NCBI GenBank assembly: GCA_022711755.1
Contig: JAKLEA010000010.1
Location: 128,899-192,898, forward strand
Source of the DNA: Planctomycetota bacterium
GTDB lineage: Bacteria; Planctomycetota; Brocadiia; SM23-32; JAKLEA01
Direction: 5' to 3'
DNA: 64,000 nucleotides
Part shown: in pieces, positions 1 to 9,590 of the stretch
Layout of the letters: each line of letters opens with the position of its first letter
Position numbering within the stretch: position 1 is the stretch's first letter
Translations under genes and position numbers: made by a program
The notes under the pieces: model-generated
Told to the model about the DNA's origin: nothing
The model's input: only the letters and a program-made list of their open reading frames with translations
Databases searched by the model: none

Positions 1-2327
1 TCGCTGTTCCCGTCATTGTTGAAGTCGGCGCTGAAAACGCTGATGGGGCCTGTCCCGACCGCGTAGTTCACACTCGCCCCGAAGCCGCCCGCCCCGTCGC
101 CCAGCAGCACAGAAGCGTTGCTGCCGCCGCTGTTCGCCGTCGCCAAGTCGCTGTTCCCGTCGTTGTTGAAGTCAGCGCTGAAAACGCTATAGGGCTTAGT
201 CCCAGCCGCGTAGTTCACACTCGCCCCGAAGGTTCCCGTCGAATCGAGCGCCGTGAAGGCGTACGTCCCCGCCGCGACAACGTCCCACACCTGATCCGCC
301 GCCCCGTCGCCGTCATGATCCAGTTCGATCGTCCCTGCGCGGTCCACCGTCATATCGAAAGTCGGCGTGTTGTCGTTAGTGATGTTGTCCGTATTCGACA
401 CGCCACTGTCGCTGGCGGCCTGGAGGTCAATGGCGACGGACGCCGCAGTGTCTATCGTCGTCGAGTCGCCCGATGCAGCCGTGTTGCCCGCGATGTCGGT
501 GAAGGTGACGTTCATCGGGTGAACGCCGTCGGCCAGCGCCTGCAACTGGACAAGCAGCACGGAGACGTTGTCGCTACTGTAGTTTGCAGCAGCCAGGTCG
601 CTATTCCCGTCGTTGTTGAAGTCGGCGCTGAAGACGCTGTAGGGGCTTGTGCCAACCGCATAATTCACCGCCGCCCCGAACCCGCCCGCCCCGTCCCCCA
701 GCAGCACGGAGACTTTGTTGCTGCCGAAGGTTGCCGTCGCCAGGTCCACGTTCCCGTCGTTGTTGAAGTCGGCGCCGAACACACTGCGAGGGTACGCGAA
801 AACCTCATAAAACACCGCCGCCCCGAAGCCCCCCGCCCCGTCGCCAAGCAGCACGGAAACATTGTGGCTGTTGAAGTTTGCAGTAGCCAGGTCGCTATTC
901 CCGTCGTTATTGAAGTCGGCGCTGAAGACGCTGTAGGGGACCATGCCTGCCGCGTAGTTCGACGCCGCCCCGAACCCGCCCGCGCCGTCGCCAAGCAGCA
1001 CGGAAACATTGCTGCCGAAAGAGTTTGCGGTTGCCAGGTCGCTATTCCCGTCGTTATTGAAGTCGGCGCTGAAGATGCCGTAGGGGCTGTTACCAACGCT
1101 GTAGTTCACCGCGGCGCCGAAACCGCCCGCGCCGTCGCCAGGCAGCACGGAAACGTTGTCGCTGCCGCTGTTTGCCGTCGCCAGGTCGCTGTTCCCGTCG
1201 CCATTGAAGTCGACGCTGAAGACGCTCCTCGGGGAGCTGCCAACTGAGTAGTTAACCCCGGCGCCGAACCCTCCTGACCCGTCGCCCAACAGCACGGAAA
1301 CGTTGTTGCTGCCGCTGTTTGCCGTCGCCAGGTCGCTGTTCCCGTCGCCATTGAAGTCGGCGCTGAAGATACTTAGTGGGGTTGTGCCAGCCGCGAAATT
1401 CGTCGGCGCGCTGAAACCGCCCGCCCCATTGCCTAACCGCACGGAAATGTTGTTACTGCCGGAGTTCGCCGTTGCCAGATCAGTGTCCCCGTCGTTGTCG
1501 AAGTCGGCGACATAAACACTATAAGGGGCTGAACCGACCCCGTAATTCACCCTTGGTCCGAAACCGCCTGCCCCATTGCCAAGCAGCACGGAGACGTTGT
1601 TGCCGCCGGAGTTTGCCGTTACCAGGTCCATATTCCCGTCGTTGTTGGAGTCAGCGCTGAAGACACTTCGGGGGCCTGTGCCGACCGCGAAATTCGTTGC
1701 GGCGCCGAAACCGCCTGCCCCATTGCCAAGCAACACGGAGACGTTGTTGCCTCCGGAGTTTGCCGTTACCAGGTCCATATTCCCGTCGTTGTTGAAGTCG
1801 GCGCTAAAGACGCTACCGGGACCGTTGCCAACGCCGTAGTTCACTGCGGCGCCGAAATCGCCCGCCCCGTTTCCAAGCAGCACGGAGACGTTGTTGCCTC
1901 CGGAGTTTGCCGTCGCAAGGTCGCTGTTCCCGTCGCCATTGAAGTCGGCGCTGAAGACGCTGTAGGGGGATACTCCGACCGCGTAGGGACGCGCCGCGCC
2001 GAATGTGCCCGTCGCGTCAAGCGCCGTGAGGGCGTACGTGCCGGCCGCGATCACTTCCCAGACCTGGTCAGCCGCGCCGTCGCCGTCATGGTCCAGCTCG
2101 ATCCTTCCGGCCCCGTCAACGGTAACGTCGTAGGTTGGGGTATTGTCGTTTGTGATGTTGTCCGTGGCGGAAACCCCGGAGTCGCTCCCTGGCTGAAGGT
2201 TAATAATCACCGAACTCAGCAGAATCCTGCGCTCGATCAGGTCGAAATGGTTTCTCCAGACCAACCGACCTTTTGACAATCTTCCAAGCTTCTTTGAAGT
2301 CTTCTTGCCAGTGAGTTCCATTGACAT
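1..2327 (-). CDS. FG-GAP/VCBS repeat-containing giant protein, 5' part only (gene runs off the window start). Start codon ATG at 2327 is preceded by GGAGG.
   Basis: The minus-strand frame translates to MSMELTGKK...VFSADFNGDGNSDLATANSGGNNVSVLLGNGAGDFGAAVNYGVGNGP repeated many times, which is the classic FG-GAP/VCBS beta-propeller repeat. An in-frame stop lies just upstream of the ATG. The plus-strand ORF 315..1247 is its antisense shadow. Confidence 0.8.
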   Translation of the reverse strand, partial: MSMELTGKKTSKKLGRLSKGRLVWRNHFDLIERRILLSSVIINLQPGSDSGVSATDNITNDNTPTYDVTVDGAGRIELDHDGDGAADQVWEVIAAGTYALTALDATGTFGAARPYAVGVSPYSVFSADFNGDGNSDLATANSGGNNVSVLLGNGAGDFGAAVNYGVGNGPGSVFSADFNNDGNMDLVTANSGGNNVSVLLGNGAGGFGAATNFAVGTGPRSVFSADSNNDGNMDLVTANSGGNNVSVLLGNGAGGFGPRVNYGVGSAPYSVYVADFDNDGDTDLATANSGSNNISVRLGNGAGGFSAPTNFAAGTTPLSIFSADFNGDGNSDLATANSGSNNVSVLLGDGSGGFGAGVNYSVGSSPRSVFSVDFNGDGNSDLATANSGSDNVSVLPGDGAGGFGAAVNYSVGNSPYGIFSADFNNDGNSDLATANSFGSNVSVLLGDGAGGFGAASNYAAGMVPYSVFSADFNNDGNSDLATANFNSHNVSVLLGDGAGGFGAAVFYEVFAYPRSVFGADFNNDGNVDLATATFGSNKVSVLLGDGAGGFGAAVNYAVGTSPYSVFSADFNNDGNSDLAAANYSSDNVSVLLVQLQALADGVHPMNVTFTDIAGNTAASGDSTTIDTAASVAIDLQAASDSGVSNTDNITNDNTPTFDMTVDRAGTIELDHDGDGAADQVWDVVAAGTYAFTALDSTGTFGASVNYAAGTKPYSVFSADFNNDGNSDLATANSGGSNASVLLGDGAGGFGASVNYAVGTGPISVFSADFNNDGNS

Positions 2328-2782
2328 TAAGCATGCCTCCGGTTGTTCAGAAGAATTATCTCATGAACGGCGAGATTCGTAACATTGACTACCGCGAATC
2401 AACGCCCGACAGAATGGTCGTAAATGCTTCGGTTTGGACAGAAACGATGGCCTCAGCCCCGAAGAACAGTTGGACTAATCGCTTATCTATAGCGCAGTTA
2501 TGATGACTTGTCAAACATCACTGCTGAGATGCTGAAACTATGAAGCAAGCCCCCTTTCAGATCTGGGAGCGACTTGCCGTGCGCGAGTCTTCCTTTCATG
2601 CCACCGCGACTATGTGCCTCCTCTACAACAAACGCGCCATCCCCTGACGAAACACCGGATTGCCGATCCCGTAAAACTTCCTTGGCGGCGGCGGGCCGGC
2701 GGGTTATGCTTGTAGCCCCGCGATCCGGCTCGCGCCGACCGCGGGGAAAATGTAGCAAAACGTCATTGCCGAGGAGATTCCG

Positions 2783-3790
2783 ATGGCCATGCGAAAGGCC
2801 GCGATTGCCTTTGTTTTCCCGCGCAGCACGTTCGAAGACTGCTTCCACATCAAGGAGCGGGAGCGGCTCCGCGCCGTCGCGTCCAACTGGCACGACGCGC
2901 CGGAGAAGATCACCCCCGGAGCCGTCGAGGCGGAAATCAGGGGGGCGGAAATCTGGCTGGGAGGCTGGGGGGCGAAGTTCACCCCCGCCATGATCGAGGC
3001 CCACCCGGAGTTGAAGCTTTACTGCCATTCCGCTGGCTCGATCAAGGGCCTGATTCCGGAGAATTACTGGAAGCTCGGCAAGCGCGTCGTCACGGCCAAC
3101 GCCGCCATCGCGCTGGGCGTCGCGGAGACGTCGCTTGCGATGCTCATCATGGGCCTCAAACGCTTCATCCCGCACTGGCGCAACATCCGCGCGGGCGGCT
3201 GGCGCGCGGCGGACGTTTCAGCGAAGACGAAGGAGATGACTGGCATCACGATAGGCGTCGTCAGCGCCGGGGCGGTCGGGCGCGAAGTCCTGAAGCTGCT
3301 GGGCAATTTCGACGTCAGACGCCTGCTGTTTGATCCATTCGTTGACGCGGAGACGGCGGCAAAGCTGGGCGCGGAGAAGGTCGGGACGCTGATGGAAATG
3401 GCCCCGCAGTTGGACGGGTTGGTCCTTGCGACGCCGAAGCTGCAGGAGACGAACAAGATGATCGGACGGGAGTTCCTGCGCGCGCTGCCGGACGACGCCG
3501 TGCTGGTGAACTGCTCTCGCGGGGCGGTGATTGACGAGGCGGCGCTGATCGAGGAACTGCAGAGGGGGCGACTTTTCGCCCTGCTGGACGTGACGGAGCC
3601 GGAGCCGCCGGCGGTGGACTCCCCGCTTCGCAGCCTTGACAACGTCTTCATCACGCCGCACATCGCCGGCGCGATAACGAACGGACGCCACCGGCAGGGA
3701 CGCCTGATCCTGGATGAGATCGAGCGCTACCTGGCCGGAGAGAAGATGATACACGAGGTGACGGAGGAGAGGTTCGTGATAATGGCGTAG
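2783..3790 (+). CDS. D-isomer specific 2-hydroxyacid dehydrogenase family protein (NAD-binding)
   Basis: Rossmann motif GVVSAGAVGREV, a conserved catalytic region with TPHIAG, and a length of 335 aa. GAGGAG RBS precedes the ATG. Confidence 0.8.
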   Translation: MAMRKAAIAFVFPRSTFEDCFHIKERERLRAVASNWHDAPEKITPGAVEAEIRGAEIWLGGWGAKFTPAMIEAHPELKLYCHSAGSIKGLIPENYWKLGKRVVTANAAIALGVAETSLAMLIMGLKRFIPHWRNIRAGGWRAADVSAKTKEMTGITIGVVSAGAVGREVLKLLGNFDVRRLLFDPFVDAETAAKLGAEKVGTLMEMAPQLDGLVLATPKLQETNKMIGREFLRALPDDAVLVNCSRGAVIDEAALIEELQRGRLFALLDVTEPEPPAVDSPLRSLDNVFITPHIAGAITNGRHRQGRLILDEIERYLAGEKMIHEVTEERFVIMA

Positions 3791-4036
3791 CGGATGATGT
3801 GGTCTGTCCGGCTGGAATGCGCTACGAACGATGATGCAAGAAGCAAGGCTTGGCGTCCATGGACTGCGGCGGCTTGCCGCCGCCTTTGCTGAGGGCGAAG
3901 CTTGCTTCGCCACGGAGCTTTGTTCCTCCGCGAAGCCTTGCTTCAGCCCGCTGTGATACCGCGCGCAAGAAAGCTTGCGCACTCCAAAGCGTCGAACTCG
4001 GAGATTGTGGACTTCTTTCGCTCGAGGTTGAAACAG

Positions 4037-5014
4037 ATGGACGATTTGAAGGTTTTTTCCGGGAATTCGAATCCCGCGCTGACTGATGAGATCTGCCGGT
4101 ACCTGAGCATCAGGCCCGGCGACGTGGCCATCACGCAGTTCCAGAACCAGAACATCAAGGTCAAGATTAAGGAAAGCGTCCGGGGCCAGGACGTTTTTGT
4201 GGTTCAGACCTCATGCCCGCCGGTCAACGAGGGCATCATGGAACTGCTCATCATGATTGACGCGCTGAAGCGCGCGTCCGCCGGGCGCATCACGGCCGTG
4301 TGCCCCTACTTCCCGTACACGAGAAGCGACAAGAAGGACGAGCCGCGCATTTCCATAACCGCGCGCCTCATGGCCGATCTGTTGCAGACCGCCGGGGCGG
4401 ATCGCGTCCTGACCATGAACCTGCACAGCGATCAGATTCAGGGTTTCTTCCGCATCCCGGTGGACCAGTTGGACGCCGGGCCGATCATCTGCAATCACTT
4501 CCGCAAGAAGAACCTGTCCAACTTCACGGTGGTTTCGACCGATGCCGGGCGCGCGCGCTGGGCGGCCACATACGCCGCCGCGCTGGAGCTTCCCCTGGCC
4601 ATCTGCGACAAGCGTCGCATCGGCGACAAGCAACCGGCCAAGGTTGTCAACGTAATCGGCGACGTCAAGGGGCGCTATGCGGCGATCTTCGACGACGAAA
4701 TCCTGACCGGCGGGACGATCTGCTCGACCGTCGAGGCGCTGCAGGAGTTCGGCGTGCTGGGCGTTCACGTCAGTTGCGTGCACGGCGTCCTTGAGGGTGG
4801 GGCGATTGAGAAGCTCGAGGCGGTAAAGCCGACGGAGCTTATCGTCACCAACACGGTCCCCCTTCCCCCGCACAAGGACCGCCCGTTCATAACGAAGTTG
4901 TCCGTCGCGGAGCTTTTCGCCAAGGCGATTCGCAACATCCACGAGCGCGAGTCCGTGAGCATCCTGTTCAAGACGGGGGAACACAAGATACCCGACCCGT
5001 TCCAATTGCATTAG
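4037..5014 (+). CDS. prs: ribose-phosphate pyrophosphokinase (PRPP synthetase)
   Basis: MDDLKVFSGNSNP...ITAVCPYFPYTRSDKK...VVSTDAGRARWA...DDEILTGGT contains the typical Prs motifs. The longer ORF from 3902 has an implausible N-terminal extension. Confidence 0.9.
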   Translation: MDDLKVFSGNSNPALTDEICRYLSIRPGDVAITQFQNQNIKVKIKESVRGQDVFVVQTSCPPVNEGIMELLIMIDALKRASAGRITAVCPYFPYTRSDKKDEPRISITARLMADLLQTAGADRVLTMNLHSDQIQGFFRIPVDQLDAGPIICNHFRKKNLSNFTVVSTDAGRARWAATYAAALELPLAICDKRRIGDKQPAKVVNVIGDVKGRYAAIFDDEILTGGTICSTVEALQEFGVLGVHVSCVHGVLEGGAIEKLEAVKPTELIVTNTVPLPPHKDRPFITKLSVAELFAKAIRNIHERESVSILFKTGEHKIPDPFQLH

Positions 5015-5045
5015 GCCGGCGCGCGGGACATCCCGAACTACACGC

Positions 5046-6815
5046 ATGAAAATACTTGAAACGATCGCGCAGCGAATCTCCGCGGCAACCGGCCTGCCGG
5101 CCGGGGAAGTTGCCGCGCAGTTGACCCCGCCGAAGCGCCCCGAGAACGGCGATTACGCGTTCGCGTGCTTCCCGCTGGCCAAGACCCGGAGGGGCAACCC
5201 GGCGGCACTCGCGCAGGAACTGTCGGCGGCGATCAAGGCTGAGCCGCCCATTGCATCCGTCGAAGCGGCGGGGCCATACCTGAACTTCCGGGTTGAACGC
5301 GCGGCGCTGATCGCGGAAGTTCTGGACGACGCCCGCTCGCAGGGACCGGGCTGGGGACGTTCGGACGCCGGGCGGGGCAGGACGATCATTGTCGAATACT
5401 CCTCCCCGAACATCGCCAAGCATCTGGGCGTGCATCATCTGCGCTCCGCGGCCATCGGGCGGGCGATCTGCAACCTTCACGACGCGGCCGGCTGGAAAGT
5501 AATCAGCCTGAACCACCTGGGCGACTGGGGAACGTCCTTCGGGCAGCTCATCTGCGCATACAAGCGATGGGGCGAGGGCAAACCGCCGGAGGAATTGACG
5601 GTTGATGAACTCCAGCGCCTGTACATCCGCTTCCACGCCGAGGCGAAGGCGCAGGAATCGCTGCTTGACGAGGCGCGGGCATGGTTCCAGCGCCTCGAGG
5701 CCGGCGACGCGGAGGCCCGCAGGCTCTGGCAATGCTTCAAGGACGCAAGCCTGAAGGAATACGAGCGTTTCTACAACTTCATGGGCATACGCTTCGACCG
5801 TTTCACGGGCGAGAGCGGCTCAGCCCCGGAGGTGGATGCCTGCGTCGAGCGAGTGAAGGCGGCGCTGGCAGGCAGGAAGACGAAGCAGGGCGAGGACGTA
5901 TGCCGGATAAGCGACAACGCGCTCATTGTGGACCTCAGCGACGACGACATGCCGCCGCTGATCCTGCAGAAGAGCGACGGGTCGAGCATCTACGCCAGCC
6001 GCGACCTGGCGACGGCGGAGCTGCGGCACAGGGAATTCGGCTTCGACCGATGCGTCTACGTCGTCGGCTCCGAGCAGAAGCTCTACTTCCGCCAGGTTTT
6101 CCGCGTTCTGGAGATGATGGGTTATGAGTGGGCCAGGGACTGCGTCCACGTGGATTTCGGGCTTATCAAGTTTAAGGACGCGGGCACTGGGGAGGTGCGC
6201 AAAGCCAGCACGCGCCGGGGCGAGATTGTCATGCTGGAGGACGTGCTGGACGAGGCGGTCTCCCGGGCGGCGGCGAAAATCCGCGACAACAAGGAGCGTT
6301 TCGAGGAGTCAGACGATCAGGATGCGGCGGCCCGCGCGATCGGGCTGGGCGCGGTCGTCTTCGGGGACCTGAACGTGCGGAGGGCCAAGGATGTCATTTT
6401 CGACTGGGATTCCATGATGGACTTTGAGGGCGACACGGGGCCGTACGTGCAGTACGCCCACGCCCGCGTGTGCAGCATACTGCGCCGCTACGGCGCGGAA
6501 GTCCCCGCCGCGCCGGACGCCGGGTTGCTGAAGCTTGATGACGAATTCGCGCTAGCGAAGGAGATATCAAGATTCCCGGAGGTGGTGAAGGACTCGGCGC
6601 AGACCTGCGAGCCGTGTGTTCTGGCGGGATATCTCTTGAAGCTTTGCGCGGCGTTCGGACGATATTATAATCTGGGGAACCGGGATCGCGATCTGAGAGC
6701 GCTCTGCGACGATCCCGGCGTAAGCGCCGCCCGCGTGGCGCTTGTTGACGCGGCGCGCCGGACAATCAGCAACGGACTGGGCCTGCTTGGAATCAGCGCG
6801 CCGGAGAAAATGTGA
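5046..6815 (+). CDS. argS: arginine--tRNA ligase
   Basis: 589 aa class I aminoacyl-tRNA synthetase with a SSPNIAKHLGVHH (HIGH-like) motif, a C-terminal DALR-type anticodon-binding region, and N-terminal Arg_tRNA_synt_N-like sequence. Confidence 0.9.
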   Translation: MKILETIAQRISAATGLPAGEVAAQLTPPKRPENGDYAFACFPLAKTRRGNPAALAQELSAAIKAEPPIASVEAAGPYLNFRVERAALIAEVLDDARSQGPGWGRSDAGRGRTIIVEYSSPNIAKHLGVHHLRSAAIGRAICNLHDAAGWKVISLNHLGDWGTSFGQLICAYKRWGEGKPPEELTVDELQRLYIRFHAEAKAQESLLDEARAWFQRLEAGDAEARRLWQCFKDASLKEYERFYNFMGIRFDRFTGESGSAPEVDACVERVKAALAGRKTKQGEDVCRISDNALIVDLSDDDMPPLILQKSDGSSIYASRDLATAELRHREFGFDRCVYVVGSEQKLYFRQVFRVLEMMGYEWARDCVHVDFGLIKFKDAGTGEVRKASTRRGEIVMLEDVLDEAVSRAAAKIRDNKERFEESDDQDAAARAIGLGAVVFGDLNVRRAKDVIFDWDSMMDFEGDTGPYVQYAHARVCSILRRYGAEVPAAPDAGLLKLDDEFALAKEISRFPEVVKDSAQTCEPCVLAGYLLKLCAAFGRYYNLGNRDRDLRALCDDPGVSAARVALVDAARRTISNGLGLLGISAPEKM

Positions 6816-6857
6816 GGCATCACCAACGCCGAACACGGAACTCTGACGGGAGCATAA

Positions 6858-7616
6858 ATGCCTCGATTCAAGGCGGTCTTCTTCGACCTTGACGGCACAT
6901 TGTGGGATTCGGCCAAATCGGCCGGGCACGCCATCAGGGCCGTTTCCCCGCGCATCGTCAAGCGAATACCAGCGTTGTCTGTCCCGATGATCGCCAAGGG
7001 GCTTGAAAAGAAGCTCCACGAACTCATCCTCGAGCGTGGCCTGAACTCCCAGGAATGGCTCGACCAGGGGGAATGGTTCCACAGGCTGTTCCTGGAGCAC
7101 GGGGTGGACGACAACCAGTTCGCGCAGGAAATCGCCACCGCCTTCAAGGCTGCCCGAAAACTCACCATGAGATCGTTCGTCTTCCCCGGGGTCGAGGAGA
7201 CGCTTGAGGACCTGGAGCGGGACCACGCCCTCGGCCTGATAACCAACGGACACTTCAGAAACCAGAGGATGACGCTCGATTCGCTGGGGCTGACGCGCTT
7301 CTTCACGCATATCATCGTCAGCGGCGACGAGGGCATTCACAAGCCGGACAAGCGCATATTCCTCCGCGCGCTGGAGAAGGCCGGCGTAACGGCGCAGGAG
7401 ACCATCTACGTCGGCGACACGCCGAAGATGGACATCCCCGGCGCAAGGCAGGTCGGCATCACGGTCGTCTGGTTCTACAGCCGCAGGAAATCCCTCCCGC
7501 CGGGCAGCCCGAACCCGGACTATACCATCACGTCCATCCCCGAGCTGATTGACATCGTGCGGAACCGGAAGCGTTACGACACGCCGACAGACTTCATCCA
7601 GTTGCCGATCCAATGA
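6858..7616 (+). CDS. HAD-superfamily hydrolase (phosphatase-like)
   Basis: HAD motif I FFDLDGTLWDS near the N-terminus, and a C-terminal GDTxxD-like motif (YVGDTPKMD). Confidence 0.8.
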   Translation: MPRFKAVFFDLDGTLWDSAKSAGHAIRAVSPRIVKRIPALSVPMIAKGLEKKLHELILERGLNSQEWLDQGEWFHRLFLEHGVDDNQFAQEIATAFKAARKLTMRSFVFPGVEETLEDLERDHALGLITNGHFRNQRMTLDSLGLTRFFTHIIVSGDEGIHKPDKRIFLRALEKAGVTAQETIYVGDTPKMDIPGARQVGITVVWFYSRRKSLPPGSPNPDYTITSIPELIDIVRNRKRYDTPTDFIQLPIQ

Positions 7617-8650
7617 TCGCCGCCCGTGCGGCGGGCGCCCCCGGAATGAACGCTCAGGAATTCATCAGCAGGTTCAACCCCGCCGGCCTCAAGCCGGTTT
7701 ATGCCGTCCACGGGGAGGAGCGCTACTTTGCATGGCGGATCATTGACCTGGTCCGCAAGGCCGTCGTCGCGCAGGCGGGGCCGAACTCCGTCCACACAGC
7801 CGAACCGAAGGACTCCTTCACCGACTTCGTGAGCGCGCTGCGCACGCGCTCCCTCTTCGCGGAGACGGACAGGCGGCTCGTGCTGATGGAGGACGCGGAC
7901 GACTTTATTCAGAAGAATCGCGAACATCTGGAGCATTACCTCGAATCCCCCTCCCCCGGCTCGGTCCTCCTGCTCTCATGCCGGAAGTGGAACGGCAGCA
8001 CAAGGCTGGCAAAGGCCGTGGATAAGATCGGCGTCTCAGTCGAGACGCGGCGGCTGTATCCGAATCAGTTGCGGGCGTGGCTGATCGAGGAGGCGAAGAG
8101 ACTGGACAAGAGGTTGATGACGGACGCGGCTGACATGATCGCCGAGGCCACGGGAAGCGACCTTTTCGCGCTGCATTCCGAGATAGAGAAGCTCAGTTGC
8201 TACGTTGGCGAGGAGCAGAAGATCACTAAGGACGACGCGGCGGCGGTCTGCAATCAAGCGCGTCCTTATGAGATTTTCGAGCTTACCGACGCCGTCGGGC
8301 GTCACGACGCGCGCAAGGCGCTCTCCTGCGCCCGGGAACTGCTCAAAGGGGCGGGGAGCGAGCGCATACTCTCGATGCTGGCGTGGCAGTGGCGGCGGCT
8401 CTGGGCGGCCAAAAAGACGGCCGCGGCGGGGGGCGGGCCGGAGCAACTGGCGTCCCTGCTGGGCGTGCGGGGCGGCTCCTCCTACCCGTTCAAGCTCCTT
8501 ATGGGGCAGGCCGAACGCTTTACGGAGGATGAGCTTCGCCGCAAGGAGCGCTTTCTGGTCCAGGCGGATATCGAGTCCAAGACGACGTCCATGACGGGCG
8601 ACGCGTATGGGCGCATGATTGAGACGCTCGTCATAAGGCTTTGCTCGTAG
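7613..8650 (+). CDS. holA: DNA polymerase III delta subunit. An alternative start at 7646 (MNAQEF) is possible.
   Basis: LKPVYAVHGEE N-terminal motif and the overall HolA-like architecture. It overlaps the upstream gene by 4 nt (ATGA). Confidence 0.7.
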   Translation: MIAARAAGAPGMNAQEFISRFNPAGLKPVYAVHGEERYFAWRIIDLVRKAVVAQAGPNSVHTAEPKDSFTDFVSALRTRSLFAETDRRLVLMEDADDFIQKNREHLEHYLESPSPGSVLLLSCRKWNGSTRLAKAVDKIGVSVETRRLYPNQLRAWLIEEAKRLDKRLMTDAADMIAEATGSDLFALHSEIEKLSCYVGEEQKITKDDAAAVCNQARPYEIFELTDAVGRHDARKALSCARELLKGAGSERILSMLAWQWRRLWAAKKTAAAGGGPEQLASLLGVRGGSSYPFKLLMGQAERFTEDELRRKERFLVQADIESKTTSMTGDAYGRMIETLVIRLCS

Positions 8651-8711
8651 GGAGTACGAATTCAAGGCGCTGAGAACTTGACGGCGCTTTTACGATAAAG
8701 ATGGAATAATC

Positions 8712-9569
8712 ATGAACGAGCGCGGCGACGGCAGTAAAGAAACGCGCGGACCCGGACGCCCTTCGGAGTGGGCGGTTGGATTTCTCAACCGGATTTTAGG
8801 CCCTCTACTGACTATCCTGTTTCGTCCCACTCTATCGGGTTTGGAGAATCTGCCGGCGGATAGGCCTTTTCTGCTCGTTGCGAATCATTCGGGCGGCCTC
8901 GGACTGGCGGAATTGTCCTGTTTCGCCGCTCTTTATGCGGCAAAGTATGGGACGGGACGTCCGCTGGCGGGATTCGCGCTGCCCATCGGATTCCGAGTCT
9001 GGCCGCTGTCGGCGATACATCGGGCGCTGGGATCGGTTCCCTCGACATATGAGGCCGCCGAGGACGCGCTGGGCAGGGGCGTGCCGCTGCTCGTCTTCCC
9101 CGGCGGTGATCACGAAACACTGCGCCCCATCTGGCAGGCGAATCGGGTGGACTTCGCGGGACGGTGCGGCTTTCTTCGTATAGCGCATAAAGCGAATGCG
9201 CCGATCGTGCCGATGGGCATCCGCGGCGGACACTTCACCGCGCCGATACTGTTACGCTCAAAAGCCCTGGCATGGGCGCTTGCGTTCCCGCGCCTGGCAG
9301 GGGTGAAACGATGGGGAATCAGCTTGTTCGGCCTGATTGTCAGCGGCGTTATTCTGACCGCTCCGTTCGCATGGGTCATCCGGGTGATACTCGTGTGGTT
9401 GTGGCTCGGATCGCCTTTTGTCTATCTACCCATAATCCCGTGGAGGATTCGCTTTATCATTGGCAGCCCTTTGCCCCCTGATTCGCTTTTCTCGCCTGAT
9501 GACCACGATATGGGAAAGGCGCTCGACATTGTCGAACAGGAAGTACAGAAACTTGTGAACCTTGCCTGA
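8712..9569 (+). CDS. lysophospholipid/glycerolipid acyltransferase family protein (PlsC-like)
   Basis: Acyltransferase motif I VANHSGGLGLAE (NHxxxxD-like) and motif III LLVFPGG, with a hydrophobic C-terminus. Confidence 0.65.
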   Translation: MNERGDGSKETRGPGRPSEWAVGFLNRILGPLLTILFRPTLSGLENLPADRPFLLVANHSGGLGLAELSCFAALYAAKYGTGRPLAGFALPIGFRVWPLSAIHRALGSVPSTYEAAEDALGRGVPLLVFPGGDHETLRPIWQANRVDFAGRCGFLRIAHKANAPIVPMGIRGGHFTAPILLRSKALAWALAFPRLAGVKRWGISLFGLIVSGVILTAPFAWVIRVILVWLWLGSPFVYLPIIPWRIRFIIGSPLPPDSLFSPDDHDMGKALDIVEQEVQKLVNLA

Positions 9570-9590
9570 ACGTTGCGGGACTGAGCCTAA

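Noticed and set aside
315-1247. 310-aa plus-strand ORF with the repetitive VAIPVVVEVGAEDAVG pattern
   Set aside because: It is the antisense shadow of the minus-strand FG-GAP repeat gene. The minus frame gives canonical FG-GAP repeats, while the plus frame gives low-complexity Val/Arg-rich sequence.
1-2000. Periodic 120-180 bp DNA repeats that could be mistaken for a CRISPR-like or tandem-repeat array
   Set aside because: The repeats are imperfect, lie in-frame and encode FG-GAP/VCBS protein repeats. There is no short-repeat/unique-spacer organisation and no cas genes.
3902-4036. Longer 370-aa version of prs starting at 3902
   Set aside because: The N-terminal 45 aa are not conserved in Prs proteins. 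The conserved Prs N-terminus begins at MDDLKVFSG (4037).
8812-9233. Minus-strand small ORFs inside the acyltransferase gene
   Set aside because: They are shadow ORFs with Arg-rich junk composition inside a well-supported plus-strand CDS.
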